Shown here piece by piece: positions 48,295-57,670 of a DNA stretch of 64,000 nucleotides. The notes beneath the pieces are model-generated. The model saw only the letters and a program-made list of their open reading frames with translations, made no database searches and had not been told where the DNA came from. Location: contig OY761611.1 of the NCBI GenBank assembly GCA_963664875.1, positions 1,856,001 through 1,920,000 of the forward strand, written 5' to 3'. The position numbers and the translations under genes are program-made. Within the stretch, counting starts at the first letter, position 1, and every line of letters begins with the position of its first letter. Source of the stretch: Candidatus Kapaibacterium sp. Lineage in GTDB: Bacteria; Bacteroidota; Ignavibacteria; Kapaibacteriales; UBA2268.

Positions 48295-51228
48295 CTATTC
48301 ATTGCCGGCTTCTGACATAATGCCTTTTAATTTGATATAGTAATTTTGGTATTGCTTTAGCTCCTCATCTCCCAGCTTAAAGCTGTTTTGAAGTTGAGCG
48401 TAGTGCATGCAGAATTTATCCTGCGGTATCGAGATATTCCCTTGTAAGTTTCTGACAAATGGATTTGTCTCGTTCATCAAATTATCAATCGTACCTTTGG
48501 CAACAAGCTTTTTGTCTTTGTCCCATATCTCAAAGTATAGAGTGTAAGTTCTTCCGCCTTTTATCATAGTCATATCGTCTATGCTTTCACGCCAGAAGAG
48601 ATTCTGTTCAAATGCAGTTTCGTAATCTATACCTTCTAAATTAAATTTACCCGAAGGATTGAGTTTGATAGAAGCACCGTAAATAGTATTGGCTTGAGGA
48701 TCATCCAATTCATCAGCTATAGTTTCAATTATTTCTTTTATGAATGCCTGCATATCCTTCACTTCTGTAAAACTACTTACAGGTAATTCAATCAGGCACA
48801 AATCATCATTGTTATCAACAATAAATTCAATATTATACTTGTTCCAAGTAAAGGAAGGCAATCCAAGGTGTTTAATAAACACTTTTTCTAATGGCTTCAA
48901 ATCATCCATAACAGATTCAATATTTTGATATTCCAAATCGACTATGTCTAATTGTACTGTATCGCCAACATTAAATGACTCGTCTAACTTACCGTCTTTT
49001 ATAGGATAACTTTGAGCAACTGCTCCGGAGCTTCCAAAATCAATTTTATCAAGGAAATTGCCTTTTGAATCCCCGACTACTATATTCCCGTATCCGCTAC
49101 TTATATTACTTTTCATAGGAAAGTATTTTGAACCACTAATTCCCATTCCGCCGGTAAACTTATTGGTCATATCTAAACCATCAACTAAGATTTGTGTTTC
49201 CGAATCTCTTGAACCTGAGCCGGAGTTAGGTCCTAGAATCGCTACTATGTTTTCACTCACAACTTTAGACATTTTTTCTGCTGTTATCACATTTGGAGCA
49301 GCTGTTTTAGGAAGATGTGCTTTCTTGTTGTTATAATCCGGTTCTTCATTCTGATTTTCTTCTTTTTCGATAACTTCAGTGTCCACCGCCACAAACGAAG
49401 TGTGGTTTGTCATAAGATGATATTTCAAACCAAGATTTATGATTTCCTCTTTGTTTCGGTCTTGTCTGACATAATGATATACGCCCGGGAAGTCCTGAAT
49501 AGTTTGCAGTTTTCTTCTCGCCCAGAGGTATTTCAATGTTTGTGAAGTGTCGAGTTCTGCAAAGCGTTCCACTTGGAAATATGTTTTCATTTCCTGCTTG
49601 CCGTTTAAGCCCGAAACACGAACTATTCCGGATGGATGCCCTTTGTATTTACCACTAATAATAATCGGTCTTTGAGCAAATACATCAGGAATTTTCTCAG
49701 GAACTAAGTCATAAGCATCAAAGTTTTCAAACTCAATTTTTATATCAGTCATTACAGGTGAGTCGATATATTCTTTAAACTTTTTGGCTTCACTTAGCGC
49801 TTCGTCCATGTCCGTGATTATAAATGGTTCACTCATAGATAGGTTTGAAAGCCCTTCTATTAAGTACCTGTTTACAGAGTTTCCGATACCAAACGGAAAT
49901 ATATTTCCTTTGTCTAAATTTTTAGAAACGTACTCTATAACATCTATATCAGCAGTTATAAAGCCGTCAGTTATCAAAATCACGGAGCGGGAATAGCCGT
50001 CTGTTTTTGGCAAATCCATAGCCCTTTTGAGAGCAGGAAGAAGCTCTGTTCCGCCACCACCTCTTTCATTTGAAAGGAAGTCGAAACCTTTTTGGAGGTT
50101 ATCTTTTGTTGCAGGCATTGATTTTTCAGCTAATACTTCATTACTGCCTGCAAATTTGATTACATTGAACATATCAGTTTCGTTTGTGCCTTCAAGAAGA
50201 TTGCCATATAGCTCAATTGCTGTCTGAATTGGCTTACCGTTCATAGATCCTGAAACATCCACAACAAACACATATTCTCTTGGTAAGATCTCTTCTGCCG
50301 GCACACGGCGAGGCGCTTGAAGCATAAGAAGGAAGAAGTTTTCTTCTTCGCCTTCGTGAATCATTAGTCCGGTCTCTACTTTTTGACTTTCCATCTCGTA
50401 ATTGAGAATAAAGTCTCTATCGAGCGGTGTAGGTGTGTCCATTTTGATAATAGTTTTGCCGTCTTTTTCATCTTTTTTTATTTGATGAGTTTTAGAATAA
50501 ACATTGGCTATATCAAAAATCGAAGAGATATTGACATTGATATCGAAGTCAATGTATTTGCCTGCATAAATATTTGCATACACATCATATTCACCTCTTG
50601 TGCCGGTCTTTTCATACATACCCTGATATCGTTCGCCTATTTTGGTAGGTAAAACAAAGCTATAAGTATAGTCTTTGTAGGTAATAATTTCAGAATAATC
50701 TACTATAACCTGAATAGTATCGCCGGGGTAGATATTAGCAACTTCAGTAGTGAATACATTAGGTCTTTCTTGCGAGAGTAATGATGCACGCTTGCCTTCG
50801 GACTTTGCTATTTCGTAAGTCTGTCTTGCTTCCTGTTTCTCCTGAATCTGAGCATAGATGACTCTGTCTTTTATTTTCATAGTCATGCCATGCACAGCAG
50901 CTTGAGTTGAGCCCGGGAAGCGATAAGTAGCATCAATCTTTTCTTTCGAAGTATTGACAAAAGTCTGAGTCAGCTTAACGCTCGCGATATTGCCAACAAT
51001 GTCAACATCTGCATTATAGGCTTTGAGAGGAAATTCGCGAGGCTCGTTATCCAAAATGTAATACATAATCGGAATTGAAAACTCATCGCCGTAATAATTT
51101 GCATAAGGGTTATATGCATAAGCTTTTTCGGGTTGTCCTTTAAAAAACATTGCAGCACATAAAACTAAAATCAAAGCAAAAATATTCTTCATAATCCTGT
51201 CTCCATAATTGGCTTTCTTATAAGACAT
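48295..51228 (-). CDS. Secreted VIT + vWA domain protein, copy 3 (more diverged)
   Basis: vWA core nearly identical to copies 1/2, termini diverged; likely start ATG 51192 (MKNIFAL). Confidence 0.92.
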   Translation of the reverse strand: MSYKKANYGDRIMKNIFALILVLCAAMFFKGQPEKAYAYNPYANYYGDEFSIPIMYYILDNEPREFPLKAYNADVDIVGNIASVKLTQTFVNTSKEKIDATYRFPGSTQAAVHGMTMKIKDRVIYAQIQEKQEARQTYEIAKSEGKRASLLSQERPNVFTTEVANIYPGDTIQVIVDYSEIITYKDYTYSFVLPTKIGERYQGMYEKTGTRGEYDVYANIYAGKYIDFDINVNISSIFDIANVYSKTHQIKKDEKDGKTIIKMDTPTPLDRDFILNYEMESQKVETGLMIHEGEEENFFLLMLQAPRRVPAEEILPREYVFVVDVSGSMNGKPIQTAIELYGNLLEGTNETDMFNVIKFAGSNEVLAEKSMPATKDNLQKGFDFLSNERGGGGTELLPALKRAMDLPKTDGYSRSVILITDGFITADIDVIEYVSKNLDKGNIFPFGIGNSVNRYLIEGLSNLSMSEPFIITDMDEALSEAKKFKEYIDSPVMTDIKIEFENFDAYDLVPEKIPDVFAQRPIIISGKYKGHPSGIVRVSGLNGKQEMKTYFQVERFAELDTSQTLKYLWARRKLQTIQDFPGVYHYVRQDRNKEEIINLGLKYHLMTNHTSFVAVDTEVIEKEENQNEEPDYNNKKAHLPKTAAPNVITAEKMSKVVSENIVAILGPNSGSGSRDSETQILVDGLDMTNKFTGGMGISGSKYFPMKSNISSGYGNIVVGDSKGNFLDKIDFGSSGAVAQSYPIKDGKLDESFNVGDTVQLDIVDLEYQNIESVMDDLKPLEKVFIKHLGLPSFTWNKYNIEFIVDNNDDLCLIELPVSSFTEVKDMQAFIKEIIETIADELDDPQANTIYGASIKLNPSGKFNLEGIDYETAFEQNLFWRESIDDMTMIKGGRTYTLYFEIWDKDKKLVAKGTIDNLMNETNPFVRNLQGNISIPQDKFCMHYAQLQNSFKLGDEELKQYQNYYIKLKGIMSEAGNE

Positions 51229-51257
51229 TATAAATCAGAAATTAGTTACAAAAAAAT

Positions 51258-51644
51258 TTAAATATTTACAACGTATATCCAATTTATAATAACAAGTAAG
51301 ATTATTGCTATTGTAATCTTTAAAGGAAATGGTTTTATAAGGGCAGGTAACAAAGTTTCTTTATTTCGAATTATGTCAGTAATAATCCAAAGGGTGGATG
51401 CAATAATAAGAAAGTTAGTTACTAAGCTAAGGGGATTTATGCATAAAGCCTCTTCAAATTGCATTTTTAGCAACAGTAATGTGGCTTCTGTAGTTCCACA
51501 AGCAGGACATTTAAATCCATAAATTGTCCTAAAAGGGCATTTGAACCAGATGTTACTATGCGATAGGTATAGTGGTATCAAATAATAACTAGACAGCACT
51601 ATACCTACGTAAATAATATATAATATTCTTCTTCTAAATGGCAT
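51258..51644 (-). CDS. DUF2752 membrane protein
   Basis: CPFRTIYGFKCPACGTT...A...NP motif. Confidence 0.88.
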   Translation of the reverse strand: MPFRRRILYIIYVGIVLSSYYLIPLYLSHSNIWFKCPFRTIYGFKCPACGTTEATLLLLKMQFEEALCINPLSLVTNFLIIASTLWIITDIIRNKETLLPALIKPFPLKITIAIILLVIINWIYVVNI

Positions 51645-51972
51645 TTATCATAATCTTCTGGTAATTGACATCTTTTGTCTTACCCATTATGATAAATAAA
51701 TCAATCAGTGCCCAAACTCCTATGCCACCACAAGTAAGCAATTTAGCAACACCCAAGCCAGACTGCCCAAGCATAAATCGATCCACTCCTAATCCTCCAA
51801 GAAATATCGAAACAATCAGCATAGTCGTTGGACTTTTCAACTCTATAGATTGGATAAAGCCAAATTTGTTGTCTTCCAACTTTTCTAACTGATTTCTGAT
51901 TAACATAATTTTCTCTGAAGGAAATTTGTCTTGATTGGCAGACATATACATGTCAATTTTTACTTGTTCCAT
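51634..51972 (-). CDS. TM2-domain membrane protein
   Basis: SIFLGGLGVDRFMLGQSGLGVAKLLTCGGIGVWALID. Confidence 0.92.
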   Translation of the reverse strand: MEQVKIDMYMSANQDKFPSEKIMLIRNQLEKLEDNKFGFIQSIELKSPTTMLIVSIFLGGLGVDRFMLGQSGLGVAKLLTCGGIGVWALIDLFIIMGKTKDVNYQKIMINAI

Positions 51973-52356
51973 TAGAATCTCAATAAGTAGTAATGAAAAT
52001 GTATTTATATGTCAATATAGTTAAAGTTATAGTAATATCAAAGAAAAACATTGCAATGAATCCATTATCTTATATAACATTATCATCTTAAAAGGTTGAC
52101 TTATAGCACTTGTGAAATAATAAATATGTTGAATAACATTAAATAAGTCATTTTTCAAGAGTTCATAATTTCAAAAACAAATTGCGAATATGGCTGTTTT
52201 TGTCAAACTATCAGAATATAATTTTCCAAACCCTCCTAATCATATTTCCAAACGATTGAACATCTCGTCATTTTTTCGAACGTAGTTTGCATAATATTGT
52301 ATAAATTGCTGTCAGTAATTCTTCATATATAGCAATTTTAAATTAGAGGCAATTCA

Positions 52357-54711
52357 ATGTTCTTTTGTTTTTCAAAAACATCCAAATTGTTAGTCTTTCT
52401 TTTAAGTGCGATTCTGTGTTTTTCTATTCCTAAGTTCGCTTTTGGTGCAGATATTTCTGGCACCGTCAAAGAAAAACTTTCGGGGGAATATGTTATCAGT
52501 GCCACGGCCGCTCTCTATAAAGACAGCATCTACAAAGGGGCGAAACCAATAGCGGGTGCATATACTAACAAGTTTGGTTTTTTTTCAATCCCCAACGTTC
52601 CTTCAGGTAAATACAAACTTATTTTTTCAAGAGTTGATAAAAATATTACTTTATTAGATATTGAAATGAAAGATGAAAACATCTCTTTGCAGGTCGAAAT
52701 GTCTGACAAGACTACTCGCACTGAAAAGGTTGTTGTGGAAGCACAAAGAGAGCTAAAATCTACAAAAACTATCAGTACGGTTGAAATCAGCACTGAACTC
52801 GTTAGCAAAATGCCCTCTCTGGGAGGCGAGACTGATATTTTCAGGACTTTGCAACTCCTGCCAGGGGTACAGCAAAATTCCGAGCTTTCAAGCGGCTTAT
52901 ATGTAAGAGGTGGCAGCCCTGATCAAAACCTTACTTTACTGGATGGCGTGATTGTTTACAATCCATCCCACCTTGGCGGCTTTTTGAGCTCATTTAATGC
53001 TGATGCTATCAGAAATATTACTCTAATCAAAGGGGCGTTTCCGGCAGAGTACGGAGGCAGAATTTCATCTGTACTTGATATGAGCATGAAAGAAGGTACA
53101 AAAGAAAAAGTCAGCGGACAGGGCGGAATTAGCATGATAAGTTCCCGTCTGACATTAGAGGGGCCTATATCAGAAAACTCTACTTTTATGATTTCGGGTA
53201 GAAGAATGTATCTTGATTTACTTCTTGCTCTGGGCGATGTGGAAGATGCACCGCAGTATTATTTTTATGATTGGAATGCTAAAACCAATATCCAGTTAGG
53301 CGAAAATGACAGACTTTTTATAAGCGGATATTTTGGAAGCGATGTCTTAAACGCTCCGGAAGATGAGTACGACGATGATGATTTTTCGATAGATTGGGGC
53401 AATAAAACAGCTAATATCAGATGGCTACACATCGCATCTTCGAAGCTGTTTACAAACTTTTCTTTTATTTATACAAATTACAATTTCAAATCTGTATTGG
53501 AAGAAAACAAGAATACTTCTTTCAAAACAGAAAGCGGAATAGAAGATATTATGTTGAAAGCTGATGCAGAGTATTTCCCTACCACTCAACATAAAATTAA
53601 AACAGGAATAGAGGGCATCTATCATCTTTATAAAGTTAATACAATAGAAGGTATAGCCGAAAGTATTGATAAACAGTTTGACAACAGACGTGACATCAAT
53701 TCGACAGATATTGCTTTCTACCTACAAGATGAATGGACCGCAACGAATAATCTGACTACCAACATCGGCCTGAGAGCTAATTACTTCACATCAGGCAGCT
53801 ATTTCAATGTTGAACCAAGACTTTCTGCTACTTATGATTTAGGAGACCAGAACATACTCAAAGCTGCTTTAGCTTGGTGCCATCAGCCAATGCACTTATT
53901 AGTCCGTTCAGAAATTACTTTGCCCACCGATGCATGGATTCCTGTCAGTGATAAAATCAAGCCAGCAGAGTCATGGCAGGCTGTTTTAGGTTACCAAACT
54001 ACATTTGACAATGACCAATACCTCTTTTCAGTAGAAGGCTACTATAAGCACATGGACAATTTGTACGAATATGCCGAGGATACAAAGTTTTGGGATTCCG
54101 ATAAAATTGAAGAACAGTTAGTACAAGGCGGAGGAAAGGCATACGGTTTAGAAGTGTTTCTTAATAGACAGATTGGCGATTTTACAGGTTGGGTGGGTTA
54201 TACATTAGCCTGGACAAAAAGGAAATTTGATGATTTGAATAATGGTGAGGAATTTTCCCCTCGCCACGACAGAAGGCATGACGTTAGTGTCGTCCTAACA
54301 TACAAACTCGGTAAAAAATGGGAACTCGGTTTGTCATGGGTCTATGGGACAGGTCAGGCTTATACTTTGCCAACAGGCAGATACTATACAAACATAGATA
54401 ATTATTACGGTGGTTATTACGGTAACGACAAATACATCTACTCAAAACGAAACGAATACAGAATGCCTGCTTACCACAAATTAGACCTCAACTTTATGTA
54501 CAAATATGAGTGGTTTGGTATTCCTTTCGAATTCTCAATTAATATCTATAATGCCTATAATCACTTAAATCCGTTTGCTGTCTATTTAGATGATGAATGG
54601 GTAAATCCCGGCGTTATTGAAGAGTTACCTAATGGTGGAGTGATTACAAAACTTAAGACAATAACACTATTCCCGATTATTCCAAGCTTTGGCATGAGTT
54701 TCAAATTCTAA
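52357..54711 (+). CDS. TonB-dependent receptor with N-terminal carboxypeptidase-regulatory-like domain
   Basis: ISGTVKE, plug LQLLPGV..VRGGSPDQNL.LLDG..AEYGGR, barrel EPRLS and YHKLDL, terminal Phe. Confidence 0.93.
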   Translation: MFFCFSKTSKLLVFLLSAILCFSIPKFAFGADISGTVKEKLSGEYVISATAALYKDSIYKGAKPIAGAYTNKFGFFSIPNVPSGKYKLIFSRVDKNITLLDIEMKDENISLQVEMSDKTTRTEKVVVEAQRELKSTKTISTVEISTELVSKMPSLGGETDIFRTLQLLPGVQQNSELSSGLYVRGGSPDQNLTLLDGVIVYNPSHLGGFLSSFNADAIRNITLIKGAFPAEYGGRISSVLDMSMKEGTKEKVSGQGGISMISSRLTLEGPISENSTFMISGRRMYLDLLLALGDVEDAPQYYFYDWNAKTNIQLGENDRLFISGYFGSDVLNAPEDEYDDDDFSIDWGNKTANIRWLHIASSKLFTNFSFIYTNYNFKSVLEENKNTSFKTESGIEDIMLKADAEYFPTTQHKIKTGIEGIYHLYKVNTIEGIAESIDKQFDNRRDINSTDIAFYLQDEWTATNNLTTNIGLRANYFTSGSYFNVEPRLSATYDLGDQNILKAALAWCHQPMHLLVRSEITLPTDAWIPVSDKIKPAESWQAVLGYQTTFDNDQYLFSVEGYYKHMDNLYEYAEDTKFWDSDKIEEQLVQGGGKAYGLEVFLNRQIGDFTGWVGYTLAWTKRKFDDLNNGEEFSPRHDRRHDVSVVLTYKLGKKWELGLSWVYGTGQAYTLPTGRYYTNIDNYYGGYYGNDKYIYSKRNEYRMPAYHKLDLNFMYKYEWFGIPFEFSINIYNAYNHLNPFAVYLDDEWVNPGVIEELPNGGVITKLKTITLFPIIPSFGMSFKF

Positions 54712-54724
54712 ATAGAGGACAACA

Positions 54725-55534
54725 ATGAAGTATATATATGCAATTTTAGCTCTTTTCATTTTTTCTGCTTGTGAAAAAACCTTAGATGATACAGTAATCC
54801 CTTATGTGGAACAGCTGGTTGTGTTCTCTGTTTTAGAACCGGGGACTCAGGATTTGCAACTTCAAATATCTAAAACAGTTCCGGTGCTGGGTGTAGCTAA
54901 TCCTGAAGACGCCATTATTTCTAATGTTAAAGGCTTCATCACAGACGGTAAAAATACATGGAATGTCGTATATATTTCGGGTGTAAACTATGAAGCTAAA
55001 GGCTTTGAGGGCGTGCCCGGTCAAAGTTACGAATTGTTTTTGGAATGGCAGGGTAAAAAAGTCAATTCTGTAACTACAATACCGAATCCGACTGAAATAT
55101 ATGCAGATAATTATTACTTATTTTATGAGCCCCCAACATGGGAATGGGATGATTACGGCTCTTACTTCCTGATGGGACATTTGACAGGTAGCAGGAATTA
55201 TGTTTATCAAACATACTACGAGAATGACTATTACTCTTACTACGGAGACTATTTTACCCTACAGAGCGGCAGAAGCGTTGTAACCTTAGAGGAGTTTTGG
55301 GATCGCTACGAAAATTTGATACAACGAAAATACGAACTTACTTTATCAATCACTGATATTGCTTATTATGATTACCTTGAAGAACTTAGCGGAAATAATG
55401 ATGATTTTGATTTTTTTAGCATAGGTGGTTTGAATGTTGATTGGAACGTGAAAGGAGAAGGTATCGGTATGTTTGTAGGCAGGAACTATTGGAAAGATAC
55501 CGTTGATTTGGGCGGACTGAAAGTAGTAAATTAG
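54725..55534 (+). CDS. DUF4249-like lipoprotein
   Basis: Lipobox FSAC, PGQSYEL..TTIP, NVKGEGIGMF; directly follows a TonB receptor. Confidence 0.75.
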   Translation: MKYIYAILALFIFSACEKTLDDTVIPYVEQLVVFSVLEPGTQDLQLQISKTVPVLGVANPEDAIISNVKGFITDGKNTWNVVYISGVNYEAKGFEGVPGQSYELFLEWQGKKVNSVTTIPNPTEIYADNYYLFYEPPTWEWDDYGSYFLMGHLTGSRNYVYQTYYENDYYSYYGDYFTLQSGRSVVTLEEFWDRYENLIQRKYELTLSITDIAYYDYLEELSGNNDDFDFFSIGGLNVDWNVKGEGIGMFVGRNYWKDTVDLGGLKVVN

Positions 55535-55613
55535 CAGCAGTTTCAAAAAAATAATTTTAACTGCTTCGATTTTGTCCTATTTTGCTATGGTATTTTTCAG
55601 TGAGGTAAAAAAG

Positions 55614-56264
55614 ATGAAATGGAAAAAGTCAATATCTGATATCAGACATGATTACGGTAAATTTAGATTAGATGAAAGCTCCATAAAAAGTGACCCTTTA
55701 GAGCAATTTAAAATATGGTTCGACGAAGCAGTCGAAAGCAAAGAGTTTGTCGATCCAAATGCGGTGGCTCTTGCAACTGTCAATAAAGAAGGAATGCCGG
55801 ATAGCCGCATTGTACTTTTGAAGCAATATACCGAAGACGGTTTTATCTTTTTTACAAACTATGAAAGCCAAAAAGGCAAGGAGCTTTTAGAAAACCCACA
55901 GGCTTCTATGCTGTTTTTTTGGGATAAATACGAAAGACAAATAAGAATAAACGGCACTGTAGCTAAAATTTCAGCCGAAGATTCTGATTTATATTTTCAG
56001 ACCAGACCTTATGCAAGCCGTGTCGGAGCGTGGGCATCAGCTCAGTCCGAAGTGCTCAAAAGTCGTTTTACATTGATGAGAAAAGTGGCTCAGCTTACTT
56101 TGAAGTACAAAACAAATGTACCTCTACCTCCTTTTTGGGGCGGTTATATTTTGAGACCGACTAAGTTCGAATTCTGGCAAGGAAGAGAAAGCCGCCTGCA
56201 CGATCGCTTCCGCTTCCTTTTACAAGAGGATAACAGCTGGCAAATAGATAGACTATCACCATAA
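55614..56264 (+). CDS. pdxH: Pyridoxamine 5'-phosphate oxidase
   Basis: RIVLLK, FFTNYESQKG, WASAQS, WGGY, EFWQGRESRLHDR. Confidence 0.96.
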   Translation: MKWKKSISDIRHDYGKFRLDESSIKSDPLEQFKIWFDEAVESKEFVDPNAVALATVNKEGMPDSRIVLLKQYTEDGFIFFTNYESQKGKELLENPQASMLFFWDKYERQIRINGTVAKISAEDSDLYFQTRPYASRVGAWASAQSEVLKSRFTLMRKVAQLTLKYKTNVPLPPFWGGYILRPTKFEFWQGRESRLHDRFRFLLQEDNSWQIDRLSP

Positions 56265-56273
56265 AAAATTATT

Positions 56274-56310
56274 AAACTCCAAAGACATTGCATCCTTGGA
56301 GTTTTTTTTT
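56274..56310 (+). terminator. Terminator after pdxH
   Basis: AAACTCCAA...TTGGAGTTT followed by a T-tract. Confidence 0.75.
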
Positions 56311-56411
56311 GCGTAAGCCTTTAGCAGATAATTTATCCTGTAGAAACTCATTTTTTGAGCTCACAATACTTATAACTACTTTTATTTTCAGAGTAAAATG
56401 TAGAGACTGAC

Positions 56412-56451
56412 CCTTCGACTCACGATATCCGCTCAGGGAGCTGAGCTACCG
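56412..56451 (+). repeat. REP-like repeat copy 1
   Basis: CCTTCGACTCAC-N7-GCTCAGGGAGCTGAGCT. Confidence 0.6.
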
Positions 56452-56762
56452 ATTTTTATTCTATAACTCAAGACAGCGAACAACCTCATTTGAGATATTG
56501 AGACTAAACAAAATCATAGGATGTGAAAGAGAAAAAGCGTTCTTTTTTCTTTTTCTTTGGTTTCCGTTTCTTTTTCTTTTTTTCCGCAAAAAAAAAGAAA
56601 AAGAAATGGAAAAACGAACCACCAGTCATTCTCCTAAAATAATCAGATAGTCTCAACTATATCAGAAGTAAGAGTCCTCAAAAATAAAATATTTTTAGTT
56701 GCTTTGATTACTAATCTTGTCGAAATATCGCACAATCCAATCCAAAGAGCTGTGTACCCCAG

Positions 56763-56802
56763 CCTTCGACTCACTCCATTGGCTCAGGGAGCTGAGCTTC
56801 CG
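56763..56802 (+). repeat. REP-like repeat copy 2
   Basis: Same 12-nt and 17-nt blocks with a different 7-nt spacer, 351 bp downstream. Confidence 0.6.
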
Positions 56803-56863
56803 CTCCTCTTTATTCCTAAAAAATCATCCTTCTTTAGCCTAATTTCAGATAACAAATCGAATA

Positions 56864-57385
56864 TCATCTGTTGCCTAAAATAAAACTAAGATTAGACGGC
56901 ATTTTTATAAAGCCCGAAAATAAATCTTCTGATTTGGTTTCAAAAACTTTTTGCTTGTAGAGCTTCCTGTATCTCGGAGATTTCAACTTCATATTCAACT
57001 CTTCTCTATCCTGAACATAGCAGCAATAAAGAAAAATAATATACTCATCTCGGATACTTTGCCAGATTTCGGCTCTGTCTTCTATAAGTCTGCAGTAATC
57101 ATATTTATTTTTGTCGCTATATATCTGTGAGGAGACCTCTTCAGAGCTAATATGATTTACTTCAAGTATTTTTATCTCGTCGCTCAGCAGCACATCTTCA
57201 ATCATATCTATAAATGAGAGAAGCTCCACTTCGTAAACAAAAGTCTCTTTACCCATTTTTTCACTGTAAAACAGGTCGTCGATTGTGTTATAGATTTTAA
57301 AATTTACACTGTTGCTTTCAGCTTTTAATACTTGATTTTTTGAAAATCTTTGAGTGCTTGCGTAATATCCGATGACCAATCCCAT
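56864..57385 (-). CDS. Hypothetical protein
   Basis: 173-aa ORF with AAGGAG SD; no family recognised. Confidence 0.6.
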   Translation of the reverse strand: MGLVIGYYASTQRFSKNQVLKAESNSVNFKIYNTIDDLFYSEKMGKETFVYEVELLSFIDMIEDVLLSDEIKILEVNHISSEEVSSQIYSDKNKYDYCRLIEDRAEIWQSIRDEYIIFLYCCYVQDREELNMKLKSPRYRKLYKQKVFETKSEDLFSGFIKMPSNLSFILGNR

Positions 57386-57670
57386 TTTACTTTCTCCTTT
57401 AGTATAGATAATTGATTTTTCTTCTTATACTAAAATACCTGCACATCTGACACATTATGTCGCAGGTAATTCGAAAAGTGGGATAATCCGTTAGAATGGT
57501 AAAAAATCTATTGAAACTACTTTCCAACATCTCACTAAATACTTTTATACATGGCACTTAGCAAGTTTATAAAAAATAAAGTCAACTCAAATTATCCGGC
57601 AAAATAAAACAATAACTAAAGCTCTGCTTAAGTAATTATTCTACTCTGCCGGCATTGTACACAATTAGCT

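Noticed and set aside
42334-51228. Diversity-generating retroelement or invertase shufflon as the cause of VIT-vWA variation
   Set aside because: No reverse transcriptase or recombinase in the window, differences between copies are not adenine-specific, and all copies are full-length and co-oriented
56412-56802. CRISPR array
   Set aside because: Only two repeats, 351 bp apart, and no cas genes
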